The translations under genes and the position numbers were made by a program. Positions 18,548 to 27,350 of a stretch of DNA of 64,000 nucleotides are shown here, one piece after another; position 1 is the stretch's first letter, and each line of letters starts with the position of its first letter. The notes beneath the pieces are model-generated. The model was given only the letters and a program-made list of their open reading frames with translations, was not told where the DNA came from and did no database searches. Source of the DNA: Patescibacteria group bacterium (GTDB taxonomy: Bacteria > Patescibacteriota > Minisyncoccia > Phycocordibacterales > UBA9973). Where the stretch lies: contig JAGWUB010000002.1 in the NCBI GenBank assembly GCA_028868715.1, forward strand, positions 8,430-72,429, in the 5' to 3' direction.

Positions 18548-18931
18548 ATGCGAGATTTTCAACAAAAAAAAAGATGGAGAAGTGTGGTAGAGTCTTGGCC
18601 GGTTTTGACAATTTTGGGCATATTGTTACTGCTTTTTGCTTGGGGGATAATCGGCCTTTGGAGTAAGATGCAAATTACAGCAGAAAACAAGAAAATAGCG
18701 GAAAATCAACTAAAGGAATTAAAGGAAAAACAGGCAATATTCTCAGCAGACGTTGCAAAATTAAATAGTCAAAGTGGTATGGAGGAAACAATTCGGGAAA
18801 GGTTTCCGGTAGTGAAAGAAGGCGAAGGTTTGATAGTAGTGGTGGATGATAAAAATAAAACAGAGGCGCCAAAAACTGAGACTGGAGGATTTTTCTCTTT
18901 CTTATATTTCTGGAAAGGCTGGTTTAAATAA
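18548..18931 (+). CDS. septum formation initiator (FtsB/DivIC-like)
   Basis: TM helix, coiled coil, E..IRE.F..VKEGE motif. Confidence 0.75.
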   Translation: MRDFQQKKRWRSVVESWPVLTILGILLLLFAWGIIGLWSKMQITAENKKIAENQLKELKEKQAIFSADVAKLNSQSGMEETIRERFPVVKEGEGLIVVVDDKNKTEAPKTETGGFFSFLYFWKGWFK

Positions 18932-18933
18932 AG

Positions 18934-19004
18934 TGCGGGATACGAGAATCGAACTCGTGTCTAATCCTTGGGAAGGACTCGTTCTACCACTAGACCAATC
19001 CCGC
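18934..19004 (-). tRNA. tRNA-Gly(CCC)
   Basis: GCGGGAT..TAGTGGTAGA..AGTCC-TTCCCAA-GGATT..GTTCGATTC..ATCCCGC-A cloverleaf. Confidence 0.95.
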
Positions 19005-19089
19005 ATTTTCATAGTCAAATATATTCCAATTTTTATACATTGACAAGTATGCTATAATATAAATATTAGAAGATAAGAATATAAATAAT

Positions 19090-19326
19090 ATGCAAAACGT
19101 AACTATTTACTCAACCCCTACATGCCACTTTTGCCAGATGGCTAAAGAGTTTTTTAAGGCTAATAACGTGGCTTATACCGAATACAATGTCGCTAGCGAC
19201 CTTGAAAAAAGGAAAGAAATGATAGAAAAAAGCCAGCAAATGGGTGTACCCGTCATTATAATTGGAAACGATTTGACTGTTGGTTTTGACAAGCCTAGAA
19301 TATCTAAATTGCTCGGGGTTGCTTAA
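19090..19326 (+). CDS. glutaredoxin-like protein (NrdH/YruB-like)
   Basis: YSTPTCHFC, GVPV, VGFD. Confidence 0.92.
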   Translation: MQNVTIYSTPTCHFCQMAKEFFKANNVAYTEYNVASDLEKRKEMIEKSQQMGVPVIIIGNDLTVGFDKPRISKLLGVA

Positions 19327-19340
19327 TAAAACTTAAACAT

Positions 19341-19373
19341 AAAAAAAGAACCCAATCAAGGGTTCTTTTTTTT
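19341..19373. terminator. bidirectional intrinsic terminator
   Basis: aaaaaaagaaccc-aatcaa-gggttctttttttt between convergent genes. Confidence 0.85.
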
Positions 19374-19384
19374 ATTATATTTAG

Positions 19385-19534
19385 TTAGATAACTTTTTCA
19401 CCTCTCACAAGTCTCAGGACGATTATTATTAGTGCGATTACCAAAAAAATGTGAATGAATCCTCCCAAGGTATACGAGGTTACTACGCCTAGGAGCCACA
19501 AGATGACTAAGATGACGGCTATTGTTGTAAGCAT
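19385..19534 (-). CDS. lmo0937-family (DUF5670-like) small membrane protein, 49 aa (not in ORF track)
   Basis: MLTTIAVILVILWLLGVVTSYTLGGFIHIFLVIALIIIVLRLVRGEKVI matches the family pattern WLLG....GG.IH..LV.A. Confidence 0.85.
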   Translation of the reverse strand: MLTTIAVILVILWLLGVVTSYTLGGFIHIFLVIALIIIVLRLVRGEKVI

Positions 19535-19619
19535 GTTTTTTATTTTATTAATTAATATATTCGACCAAATTATCTATCGGTACTATAGATGACGATTTAG
19601 AAGTAGAAGAATTACATTA

Positions 19620-20771
19620 TCACATAATAGTATTTGTTGGTATAGAGACGCTAAAAACGCTACCTTTTTTTTGTACGCTTTGAACTTTTACTGAACCTCC
19701 ATGAATTTCTGCAACCCATTTTACGATAGCCAGTCCGAGGCCTACGTTATTTTCGTGAGATCTTTGAAATTTATCTGCTCGATAAAATCTTTCAAATACA
19801 TGAGGTAAATCTTCTTCAGATATCCCGATTCCATCGTCAGCCACACTTATGGTGATAAGATTTTTTGATTTTTTAACACTGATTTTTGTATGACCATTTT
19901 TACGTCCATAAATTATAGAATTCTTAACAAGATTTATTATCATCTTGGCCAAGTATCCCTCATCTCCAAGCATTATTATGCGTGGCATTTCCGAGGAGGT
20001 AATTGAAATATTTTTTTTATAGGCGAGGGGCTTACATTGTCCTACAACTTTTTTGACCAAAACCCTTAAGTCTAATTTTTTATAAACAATTCTGTTTTTT
20101 AATTCCCAAGCTTTAGAAGTTATGAGCGACAGATCTGTAAGAATTTTGGCGAGGCGTCCAATCTCATAATTTATATCTTTAAGCGCAGTTCTCATTGGCT
20201 TTGGTTTCTTTGATATGTGTCTCATGGCTAGATCGACATTTCCTTTAATTATTGCGAGTGGAGTGCGAAGCTCATGAGTCGCATCGGCGATTGATTCTAC
20301 TTTCCACCTTTCTACTTCAAGGAGCCTTTTGGATTCCTTAATCTGATCTACCTCTTTACGTTCAGTTATGTCTCTTATATTGCATTGAATAACGAGTTCA
20401 CCACCAGCTAGATAAGAATTGCTCACAAACTCGACAGAAACTAGTTTACCGGCCTTAGTTTCTAGAGGCAAATCTTCGTAACGTACATAACCCTCATTTT
20501 GTAAAATTTTAAAAACATCCTTAGACGCCCTCACATTTCTGAAGGCTCCTACTTCCCACAACTTTTTATTTAAGAATTCTTCTTTAGAATACTCAAGTAA
20601 TTTAATCAAAAATGGATTTACATCGGTAATTTGACCAGTCTCTGAATCGAGCATTAGTATTCCATCGTGAGCTGACTCAAAAAGTCGGCGATATTTTACC
20701 TCCGACGCCAGCAACTTCTTGTTTATATTATTGGAAACTTTTTTTATCTTTTTACCTAACTTTTTTTTCAT
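19620..20771 (-). CDS. cytoplasmic PAS-domain sensor histidine kinase
   Basis: PAS domain (YRRLFESAHDG), HELRTPL, NLVKNS, DDGIG, FERFYR, GLGL; no TM helix. Confidence 0.93.
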   Translation of the reverse strand: MKKKLGKKIKKVSNNINKKLLASEVKYRRLFESAHDGILMLDSETGQITDVNPFLIKLLEYSKEEFLNKKLWEVGAFRNVRASKDVFKILQNEGYVRYEDLPLETKAGKLVSVEFVSNSYLAGGELVIQCNIRDITERKEVDQIKESKRLLEVERWKVESIADATHELRTPLAIIKGNVDLAMRHISKKPKPMRTALKDINYEIGRLAKILTDLSLITSKAWELKNRIVYKKLDLRVLVKKVVGQCKPLAYKKNISITSSEMPRIIMLGDEGYLAKMIINLVKNSIIYGRKNGHTKISVKKSKNLITISVADDGIGISEEDLPHVFERFYRADKFQRSHENNVGLGLAIVKWVAEIHGGSVKVQSVQKKGSVFSVSIPTNTIM

Positions 20772-20780
20772 TGTTTTAGA

Positions 20781-21449
20781 TTATTCTTTTAAAACAAATC
20801 CAACCCCACGCACAGTGTGGATTAATGGCTTTTTGTTGCCTTTGTTTATCTTAGAACGAAGGTATTTTATGTGGACATTTAACTCATTTCCAACCTCTTT
20901 AAACGTTGGCCCCCAAGCATGGTCTATGAGGTCACGTCTTTTGACAGCTTCACCTTTGCGGGAGATAAGAGTATCTAACAGCTTATACTCTTTTGGGGTA
21001 AGGGGAATGACAACTCCTCCTCGAGTCACTTCATGTTTTTTCTTATCCATAACCAAATTAGCAACCTTAAGCATATCTTCATCAGTTGTTTTTCTGCGAC
21101 GCAAAATTGCACGAATTCTAGAAAACAATTCAATCAAACTGAAGGGTTTTATTAGATAATCATCTGCGCCGGCGTCGAGTCCAAAAACTTTATCTTCAAT
21201 GGCACCTCTGGCAGTGAGCATGATTACCGGTGTGTGAATGTGGCGAGCTCTGAGTTCTCTGCAAATGGCAAAACCATCTTTACTCGGAAGCATAACGTCT
21301 AAAAGAATCAAGGAGTAATTATTTCTCATTGCCTTACTCAAACCTTCCTCTCCGTCATAAGCTACATCAACAGAATAGCGCTCTTCCTTCAATGCTTTTT
21401 TAAGTATATTAACTAATTTTTTTTCATCTTCAATTATTAAAATTGCCAT
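20781..21449 (-). CDS. OmpR-family response regulator
   Basis: ILIIEDE, LDVMLP, GADDYLIKPF, LTPKEY, TVRGVGF; start at ATG 21449. Confidence 0.94.
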   Translation of the reverse strand: MAILIIEDEKKLVNILKKALKEERYSVDVAYDGEEGLSKAMRNNYSLILLDVMLPSKDGFAICRELRARHIHTPVIMLTARGAIEDKVFGLDAGADDYLIKPFSLIELFSRIRAILRRRKTTDEDMLKVANLVMDKKKHEVTRGGVVIPLTPKEYKLLDTLISRKGEAVKRRDLIDHAWGPTFKEVGNELNVHIKYLRSKINKGNKKPLIHTVRGVGFVLKE

Positions 21450-21622
21450 GACATTAATTCTATCATTTTCAATATATTTGCGCAATACATAATTAGCCTT
21501 ATTATTAAGTTTATATTAAAGTTATGCACAATGTATTAACAGGTTTTATCACTTTTTTAGTTGGTAATGCTTGACTACGCTTGAATATTAGAATACAATT
21601 ATTAAGATTAGATTAAATTACT

Positions 21623-22135
21623 ATGAACAAAAAGCAAGAGGTAAAATCACAGAAAATATTAACTCAAGCATATACTGACTACAAAGATATGCTTAGTAAG
21701 CGAGCTTTTTTTAAAGTGAACGATCGGGTGGTTAGTGAATACTTGGTACAAGATACTTTTATAAAAACTTGGAAATATCTTATGAAAGGAGGGAAGATAG
21801 AAATAATGGGAGCTTTTCTCTATCACGTTTTGAACAATCTTATCGTAGATGAATATAGAAAACATAAAACAACTTCTCTCGACTCGCTTTTAGAAAAAGG
21901 ATTTGAGCCACGCGCTGAAGATCACGAGCGGATCTTTGATGCCTTGGATGGAAAGACTTCATTTGGGCTAATAGAGCATCTGCCTAGAATATATAAGAAA
22001 GTAATACGTATGAAATATGCCCAAGATTTATCGCTTAAAGAAATGTCTCAAATCACCGGAAAATCAAAAAATGTCATTGCGGTGCAAACTCATAGGGGAT
22101 TAGAGAAACTTAAATTATTGTATAATCCTGCTTAG
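21623..22135 (+). CDS. ECF-type RNA polymerase sigma factor
   Basis: LVQDTFIKTW, AFLYHVLNNLIVDEYRK (region 2); SLKEMSQITGKS...HRGLEKL (region 4). Confidence 0.9.
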   Translation: MNKKQEVKSQKILTQAYTDYKDMLSKRAFFKVNDRVVSEYLVQDTFIKTWKYLMKGGKIEIMGAFLYHVLNNLIVDEYRKHKTTSLDSLLEKGFEPRAEDHERIFDALDGKTSFGLIEHLPRIYKKVIRMKYAQDLSLKEMSQITGKSKNVIAVQTHRGLEKLKLLYNPA

Positions 22136-22140
22136 TCTTT

Positions 22141-22403
22141 TTGTGTCCTCGGCAGGATATCTCGGTTTACCACCGCGGGTGCTTTTCCGTTTAGTTTTAC
22201 TAAACATGGAAAAGCCTTTCGCTTCCTGCCCGAAATAAAGCAGTTTATTTCTCTCGGACACAGTTGTGTCCTCGGCAGGATATCTCGGTTTACCACCGCG
22301 GGTGCTTTTCCGTTTAGTTTTACTAAACAAGGAAAAGCCTTTCGCTTCCTGCACGAAATAAAGCAGTTTATTTCTCTCGGACACACTTGTGTCCTCGGCA
22401 GGA
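22141..22403 (-). repeat. two tandem 123-bp units downstream of tRNA-Arg, each ending in a copy of the tRNA 3' end
   Basis: 22141-22263 and 22264-22386 differ at 3 positions; ttgtgtcctcggcagga occurs at 22141, 22264 and 22387. Confidence 0.95.
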
Positions 22404-22461
22404 ATCGAACCTGCAACTACTCCTTAGGACGGAGTCGTTATATCCATTTAACTACGAAGAC
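22390..22461 (-). tRNA. tRNA-Arg(CCT)
   Basis: GTCTTCGTAGTTAAATGGATATAAC..ACTCC-GTCCTAA-GGAGT..GGTTCGATTCCTGCCGAGGAC-A. Confidence 0.93.
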
Positions 22462-22546
22462 ATTTTAAACTACCTATTTATAAGATAACATATAAAAATC
22501 CATTTGAAAATTTGGTTTTTTTACCTATTTTTGCTAGTATTTATAT

Positions 22547-22795
22547 ATGTCTCCAGAGGAAAGAGAGCTTTTAAATAGAAGCGTAAAGCTTGCCGAAGAG
22601 AATAATGAAATGTTACATTCAATGCATCGCTCTCTGCGCTTACAGCGCATTATGAGTATTGTATATTGGGTGTTTATAATTGGTTCGGCTATCGGTGCAT
22701 ATTATATAATTGCACCATATCTGAATCAGTTAAAGAGCTTATATGAAAGTGGTGCAGGAGATGTTTTGAGAAATATAAATAATATGCCTAGGTAG
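22547..22795 (+). CDS. small membrane protein
   Basis: N-terminal coiled coil (LAEENNEML) plus TM helix; stop codon lies inside tRNA-Phe. Confidence 0.75.
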   Translation: MSPEERELLNRSVKLAEENNEMLHSMHRSLRLQRIMSIVYWVFIIGSAIGAYYIIAPYLNQLKSLYESGAGDVLRNINNMPR

Positions 22796-22857
22796 CTCAG
22801 TGGTAGAGCGCAGCCCTGAAGAGGCTGGCGTCGGGTGTTCAATTCACCCCCTAGGCA
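22786..22857 (+). tRNA. tRNA-Phe(GAA)
   Basis: GCCTAGGTAGCTCAGTGGTAGAGC..CAGCC-CTGAAGA-GGCTG..GTTCAATTC..CCTAGGC-A. Confidence 0.95.
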
Positions 22858-22911
22858 CATAAAGAAGATTTCTAACTATACATTATTAAAAGCACAGAGT
22901 ATAATTAAAAA

Positions 22912-23919
22912 ATGAGCTATTCTGGACTTGTTAAAACCCTAGCAACAATACTAGTGTTATTTGTGGTTGTTGCGGGAGGATATTTATTTTGGGAAAACTC
23001 TAAACTTAACAAAGGGCTTAATAATCAAGCTTTAGATAAAAACACGCTACCGTCTCCAGAAATTTCTAAATTACCACTTGATACTCAGGATAAAAATATT
23101 AAAAATCCCACTGAGATAGGGTCAAACACCACAGTAGTACAAAAAAATACCACGACCAAAAGCACTACTCAGGCAAAAGACTTTTATAAAGTTCCTGAGA
23201 ATCCAGATATTAAGACATTAACTGGGGATCAAGGAATTACAGAAAAACCCTATTATAATATTAAATTTTTGGGATTTAATTCAGCCGTAATTATTGATTC
23301 ATTTGGCAATACACAAGAAATGGTTGCCGACTCATTTTTAGGGACCGTAGATGGCATCTCTGTAAATGGCATGGGGCAAGATGGCGCATCTGTTACTTTC
23401 AGTTCTGAAAATACATATAAGTTTGAGTTTTATCCGAAAGATTATTCATTTATTACAATTAAATATGGATTTGGTAATCGTGCAGGTAATTTAATGACTA
23501 TTCATTACGAAAATAATTATAAGCCATGGGATGGAGTGATTAAGTTCGAGACCAACTCAAAAGGTGTTGTTGCAGCAACTTACACAAAGGAAAATGGAGG
23601 AAAGCCAACTATTATTACTCCCTTCGCAGCTGTTTATGGAAAAATGGCTGCTGACGAGACAGGTCCAGATGTAAAGATTGTTGGCAAAGATCAGGGTGAT
23701 GGAAATGTACTTATAACGATAACAGCAACTGACCCTTCCGGCATACATGATATTTATTATTATTTAGATGAGAAAGTCGGTCCTCCTTTGAGTTATACTG
23801 GACCATTTACTATAAATAAATCTAAGATCACCACAGATTTAAGGGCTTCAGCTGTTGATTTAGTTGGAAATTTAGGGTGGTCAGATTTCTTTGATATAAA
23901 AAATCTTAGATCATTCTAG
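22912..23919 (+). CDS. membrane-anchored exported protein with C-terminal Ig-like domain
   Basis: N-terminal TM, T/K-rich linker, D.TGP...TITATDPSGI...YTGPF...AVDLVGN. Confidence 0.65.
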   Translation: MSYSGLVKTLATILVLFVVVAGGYLFWENSKLNKGLNNQALDKNTLPSPEISKLPLDTQDKNIKNPTEIGSNTTVVQKNTTTKSTTQAKDFYKVPENPDIKTLTGDQGITEKPYYNIKFLGFNSAVIIDSFGNTQEMVADSFLGTVDGISVNGMGQDGASVTFSSENTYKFEFYPKDYSFITIKYGFGNRAGNLMTIHYENNYKPWDGVIKFETNSKGVVAATYTKENGGKPTIITPFAAVYGKMAADETGPDVKIVGKDQGDGNVLITITATDPSGIHDIYYYLDEKVGPPLSYTGPFTINKSKITTDLRASAVDLVGNLGWSDFFDIKNLRSF

Positions 23920-23924
23920 GCAGA

Positions 23925-24401
23925 CTAAATAGAGCGTACTTTTACGCTATTTTTCTTTTCTTTATCTACCTTTTGCATTTTAACGCTCAAGAGTCCATGT
24001 TTTTCTGTCGCTTCAACTTCTTCAGGCTCCACTTCAGCAGGCAGAGATATTGTACGAGAAAATTTACCCCAATATAATTCCTTAGTAAAATAGTCAGATT
24101 CGTCTATAGTTCTGTTTTCTTCACGTTTACCGCGGATGGTTATGATATCTCTGCCAATGGTTAATTCTAAATCTTCCGGTCGAACTCCAGCCACCATTGT
24201 TTGTATTATTATTTCTTTTTCTGTTTGGTAGACGTCTACAGCCAACTCCGCTTCATCTGGTTCTTCTTCAATCCAGTCGTTACTTGATTTTTTGTCGTCC
24301 TTGTTTAATTCGTTTGAATATCTCCTTAGGTCTTCTTGTTCGTCCTTCATGCTTATGCTTCCGGTCAACCTTTCAAAAAAACTCCTTTTTTTATTTTCCA
24401 T
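23925..24401 (-). CDS. small heat-shock protein (Hsp20/alpha-crystallin)
   Basis: VDVYQT, AGVRPEDL, ELYWGKFSRTISLP, HGLL. Confidence 0.92.
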   Translation of the reverse strand: MENKKRSFFERLTGSISMKDEQEDLRRYSNELNKDDKKSSNDWIEEEPDEAELAVDVYQTEKEIIIQTMVAGVRPEDLELTIGRDIITIRGKREENRTIDESDYFTKELYWGKFSRTISLPAEVEPEEVEATEKHGLLSVKMQKVDKEKKNSVKVRSI

Positions 24402-24412
24402 AATTTTTTATT

Positions 24413-24442
24413 TCAGCCCAAGGCTGATCCGCCTTTGGCGGA
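24413..24442. repeat. REP-like twin hairpin
   Basis: tcagcc-caa-ggctga directly followed by tccgcc-ttt-ggcgga. Confidence 0.75.
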
Positions 24443-24456
24443 AATTAATCTACTAA

Positions 24457-25146
24457 TTAACTCATCCTTCTTACTTTTTCAAAAAGTAACATTACGACGA
24501 CAGTGACGACCCACAAGAAAGCAAACACTTTCAGAAAATCGCTTCCGCCATTTCTTATTATAAAAAAATTAAAGATACTATGCAAGGAGATGGCAAAGAA
24601 TAAGCCTACTGCAACATGCCAATATTTTCTCAATCCTTTGTAATGAAATGCAATTCCCAAAGCAATACCAAGAATTCCACTCGAAACGGTGTGTAAAAGA
24701 GTAGAACCCAAGAATCTAAGTTCTCCGGTGAGCAGACTTACGGTAGTCGCACCTATGCTCAAAGAAAGTGGTTTAATTAAAAACAGTGCATTTTCAAGGG
24801 CTGCAAAGCCCAAGGCTGCAGTGATAAGATAAATAGGCCACTCTACTGGTTCATCGATATCATTTGTTCCATAAACCACTACCAATACAGCTATATATTT
24901 TAATATTTCTTCCGCGCTAGCCCAACCAATCAGTCGCCAAGTATTACTACTGACATAAGTTTGGATAAATTTTTCAATTGGCAAAACACAAATGACCGCA
25001 GTCATGCCCAAAATAAAAACTATAGTCAGTAATCCCTTTGGCTGAACTCTTTTTTCTTCTTCTTTAACCCAAAACCACAACCACAAAAGAGAGGGGAGAA
25101 TTCCACCAAAGAATGCTAAAGCTAAAATTTTTGGATCGTTAAACAT
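24457..25146 (-). CDS. PrsW-family intramembrane protease
   Basis: EEILK, ALGFAALEN, H...HSIFN motifs. Confidence 0.88.
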   Translation of the reverse strand: MFNDPKILALAFFGGILPSLLWLWFWVKEEEKRVQPKGLLTIVFILGMTAVICVLPIEKFIQTYVSSNTWRLIGWASAEEILKYIAVLVVVYGTNDIDEPVEWPIYLITAALGFAALENALFLIKPLSLSIGATTVSLLTGELRFLGSTLLHTVSSGILGIALGIAFHYKGLRKYWHVAVGLFFAISLHSIFNFFIIRNGGSDFLKVFAFLWVVTVVVMLLFEKVRRMS

Positions 25147-27283
25147 TTGATTTATCGTGTGCTCCTTTGAGGGGCCATTTTTCTACCATTAAAAAATTCT
25201 TATGGTCTGGTAAAATAGACCAAATTTCTTCAGTCACAAAAGGCATAAATGGATGCAATAATTTTATGGAGTTTTCCAATATATAATAAAGTGTCTCTCC
25301 ATAGCCGTCCTTACCCTTGGATTCTTCGATAATCTCGTCTGCGAATCGGTGCCATATATAAGCATACAACTTTTCTGCTGCTAAATAGAATCGGAAATTG
25401 TCCATATCAAATGTTATATCTTTAGCCATTGTATTCCATTCATCTACCAACTCTTTTTTTAAGCCACCTTCTCTTTTGATCGAGAGAACATAGCGAGTAA
25501 TGTTCCAAATTTTATTAGCAAAATTTTTGTATGCTTTTACTTTTCCTAAATCAAACTTTCCATCTGCGCCAGGTCCAATACCTACAATCATAGACATCCG
25601 TAAGGCATCAGCACCGTATTCATTTATGATTTCAATTGGGTCTATGCCATTACCTTGCGACTTACTAAATTTCTGTCCCTTGGCATCGCGGAGCATCCCA
25701 TGCAAGTAGACGGTTTCAAATGGAATTTCGCCTATTAAATATTGTGACATCAAAATCATTCTAGCAACCCAGAAAAAAAGAATTTCATAGCCGGGGTTTA
25801 TTACACTAGTTGGATGGAAGTTCTTTAAATCTTTAGCACTTATATCTGGCCAGCCAAGAGTAGAAAAAGTCCAAAGTCCAGAAGAAAACCATGTGTCCAA
25901 GGTGTCTTCATCTTGAGTCCAGCCTTCGCCATTAGGAGCTTCGATTCCACAGTAGGTCTCATTTTCTTTATACCAGACTGGAATTCTGTGGCCGTACCAA
26001 ATTTGTCGGCTGATACACCAATCGCGTAAGTTTTCTATCCAATTAAAGTAAACCTTTTCAAAATGGTCAGGGAGTATTTTTATATCCTTATTTCTCACAG
26101 GTTCCAGCATCAATTCTTTTAGTGATTTATTGTCACGGTCAGGAATTTTTTTATTTACATCCACAAACCACTGGAGCATTATTTGTGGTTCGATTATTCC
26201 ACCTGAGCGTTCGGCGGTAGCTACACGATTTATATAATTTTCATCTATGGAAACGAGTAATCCTTTGGCTTTTAATTTTTCAACTATTTTTTCTCGGGCG
26301 TCCAGAATCTTCATCCCAGCAAATTCTTGGGCAACTGGTAAGAGTTTTCCGTATTTATCTATAATTTGTTCTTTGTCTAGTTTGTATTTTTCCGCTAAAG
26401 CGAAGTCTTCGTGTGAGTGCCAAGGAGTGATGGTCATTACCCCTGTGCCAAATTCCATATCAATCATATCATCCTTGATTACAGTGGCTTCTATTGGCCC
26501 ATTTATCCATTCTAGTTGGATCTTTTGTCCATGAGTATACTTTGCATAGCGTTTATCGTCCGGATGCATTACCACATATTTATCACCAAATTTTGTTTCT
26601 GGTCTTGCCGTGGCTATCTCAAAAGGTCCGTATTTAAAGGTATAAAATTTATTTTTCTGTTCCACATAAACTATCTCATCATCCGAGATGACTGTTTGCC
26701 CCTTAGGATCCCAATTCACGATACGATGCCCCCTATAAATTAATCCATCATCATACATTTTTTTAAACGTAGTTCTTACGGCGAGATTTCGCGCTTTGTC
26801 CAAAGTGAAAGCTTCGCGGGACCAATCTAAGGAGGCGCCGATTTTTCGTAGTTGGGTAACTATAGTTTTCCTACTATCAGCGACAAATTCATCTACGCGT
26901 TCTAAAAATTTTTCTCGGCCGATGTCTCTTTTTTTTAAACCCTCCTTCTCAAGAATTTTGGAAACTTTTGAATCAGTGGCTATAGCAGCGTGATCCGTGC
27001 CAGGGAGCCAGAGAGTTCTTTTGCCCAGCATGCGGTTGTAGCGAATCATGGTGTCTTGCATAGAATCCTCCAACACGTGTCCGAGGTGTAGTACGCCGGT
27101 GGCATTTGGGGGAGGCAGAACAATGGAAAAATAAGGTGCATCAGCTTTAGCTATACCTTTTTCTACACATATATCGGGATTAAAAAAACCACTATCTTCC
27201 CATAGTTTGTAAATCCGATCTTCAGTATTTTTCGGATCATAAGGCCTCAGCAGTCTCTCGTCCACCCCGTTAGAGATTTCCAT
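25139..27283 (-). CDS. valS: valine--tRNA ligase (short, lacks C-terminal coiled-coil arm)
   Basis: PPPNATGVLHLGH, WCISRQIWYGH, DTWFSS, KFSKS, LLHPFMPF. Confidence 0.96.
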   Translation of the reverse strand: MEISNGVDERLLRPYDPKNTEDRIYKLWEDSGFFNPDICVEKGIAKADAPYFSIVLPPPNATGVLHLGHVLEDSMQDTMIRYNRMLGKRTLWLPGTDHAAIATDSKVSKILEKEGLKKRDIGREKFLERVDEFVADSRKTIVTQLRKIGASLDWSREAFTLDKARNLAVRTTFKKMYDDGLIYRGHRIVNWDPKGQTVISDDEIVYVEQKNKFYTFKYGPFEIATARPETKFGDKYVVMHPDDKRYAKYTHGQKIQLEWINGPIEATVIKDDMIDMEFGTGVMTITPWHSHEDFALAEKYKLDKEQIIDKYGKLLPVAQEFAGMKILDAREKIVEKLKAKGLLVSIDENYINRVATAERSGGIIEPQIMLQWFVDVNKKIPDRDNKSLKELMLEPVRNKDIKILPDHFEKVYFNWIENLRDWCISRQIWYGHRIPVWYKENETYCGIEAPNGEGWTQDEDTLDTWFSSGLWTFSTLGWPDISAKDLKNFHPTSVINPGYEILFFWVARMILMSQYLIGEIPFETVYLHGMLRDAKGQKFSKSQGNGIDPIEIINEYGADALRMSMIVGIGPGADGKFDLGKVKAYKNFANKIWNITRYVLSIKREGGLKKELVDEWNTMAKDITFDMDNFRFYLAAEKLYAYIWHRFADEIIEESKGKDGYGETLYYILENSIKLLHPFMPFVTEEIWSILPDHKNFLMVEKWPLKGAHDKSNV

Positions 27284-27344
27284 AATATATTAAAATGATT
27301 TAACCAATATAATAAGACTTGAATCTCGTTATCTCTAACGGGGT
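27264..27344. repeat. 81-bp inverted-repeat element overlapping the valS start
   Basis: Perfect 14-bp arms accccgttagagat / atctctaacggggt. Confidence 0.8.
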
Positions 27345-27350
27345 CCATCC

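Noticed and set aside
22141-22403. Possible CRISPR array
   Set aside because: The segments between the 17-bp repeats are near-identical 106-mers, the repeat is a tRNA end, and there are no cas genes in the window
22115-22416. Two minus-strand ORFs (89 and 94 aa) with internal repeats
   Set aside because: They are by-products of the 123-bp (multiple of 3) tandem repeat and overlap tRNA-Arg or the sigma gene; no start signals
25161-25175. Small hairpin gctcct-ttg-aggggc at the valS 3' end
   Set aside because: Too short and imperfect to assign to the palindrome families
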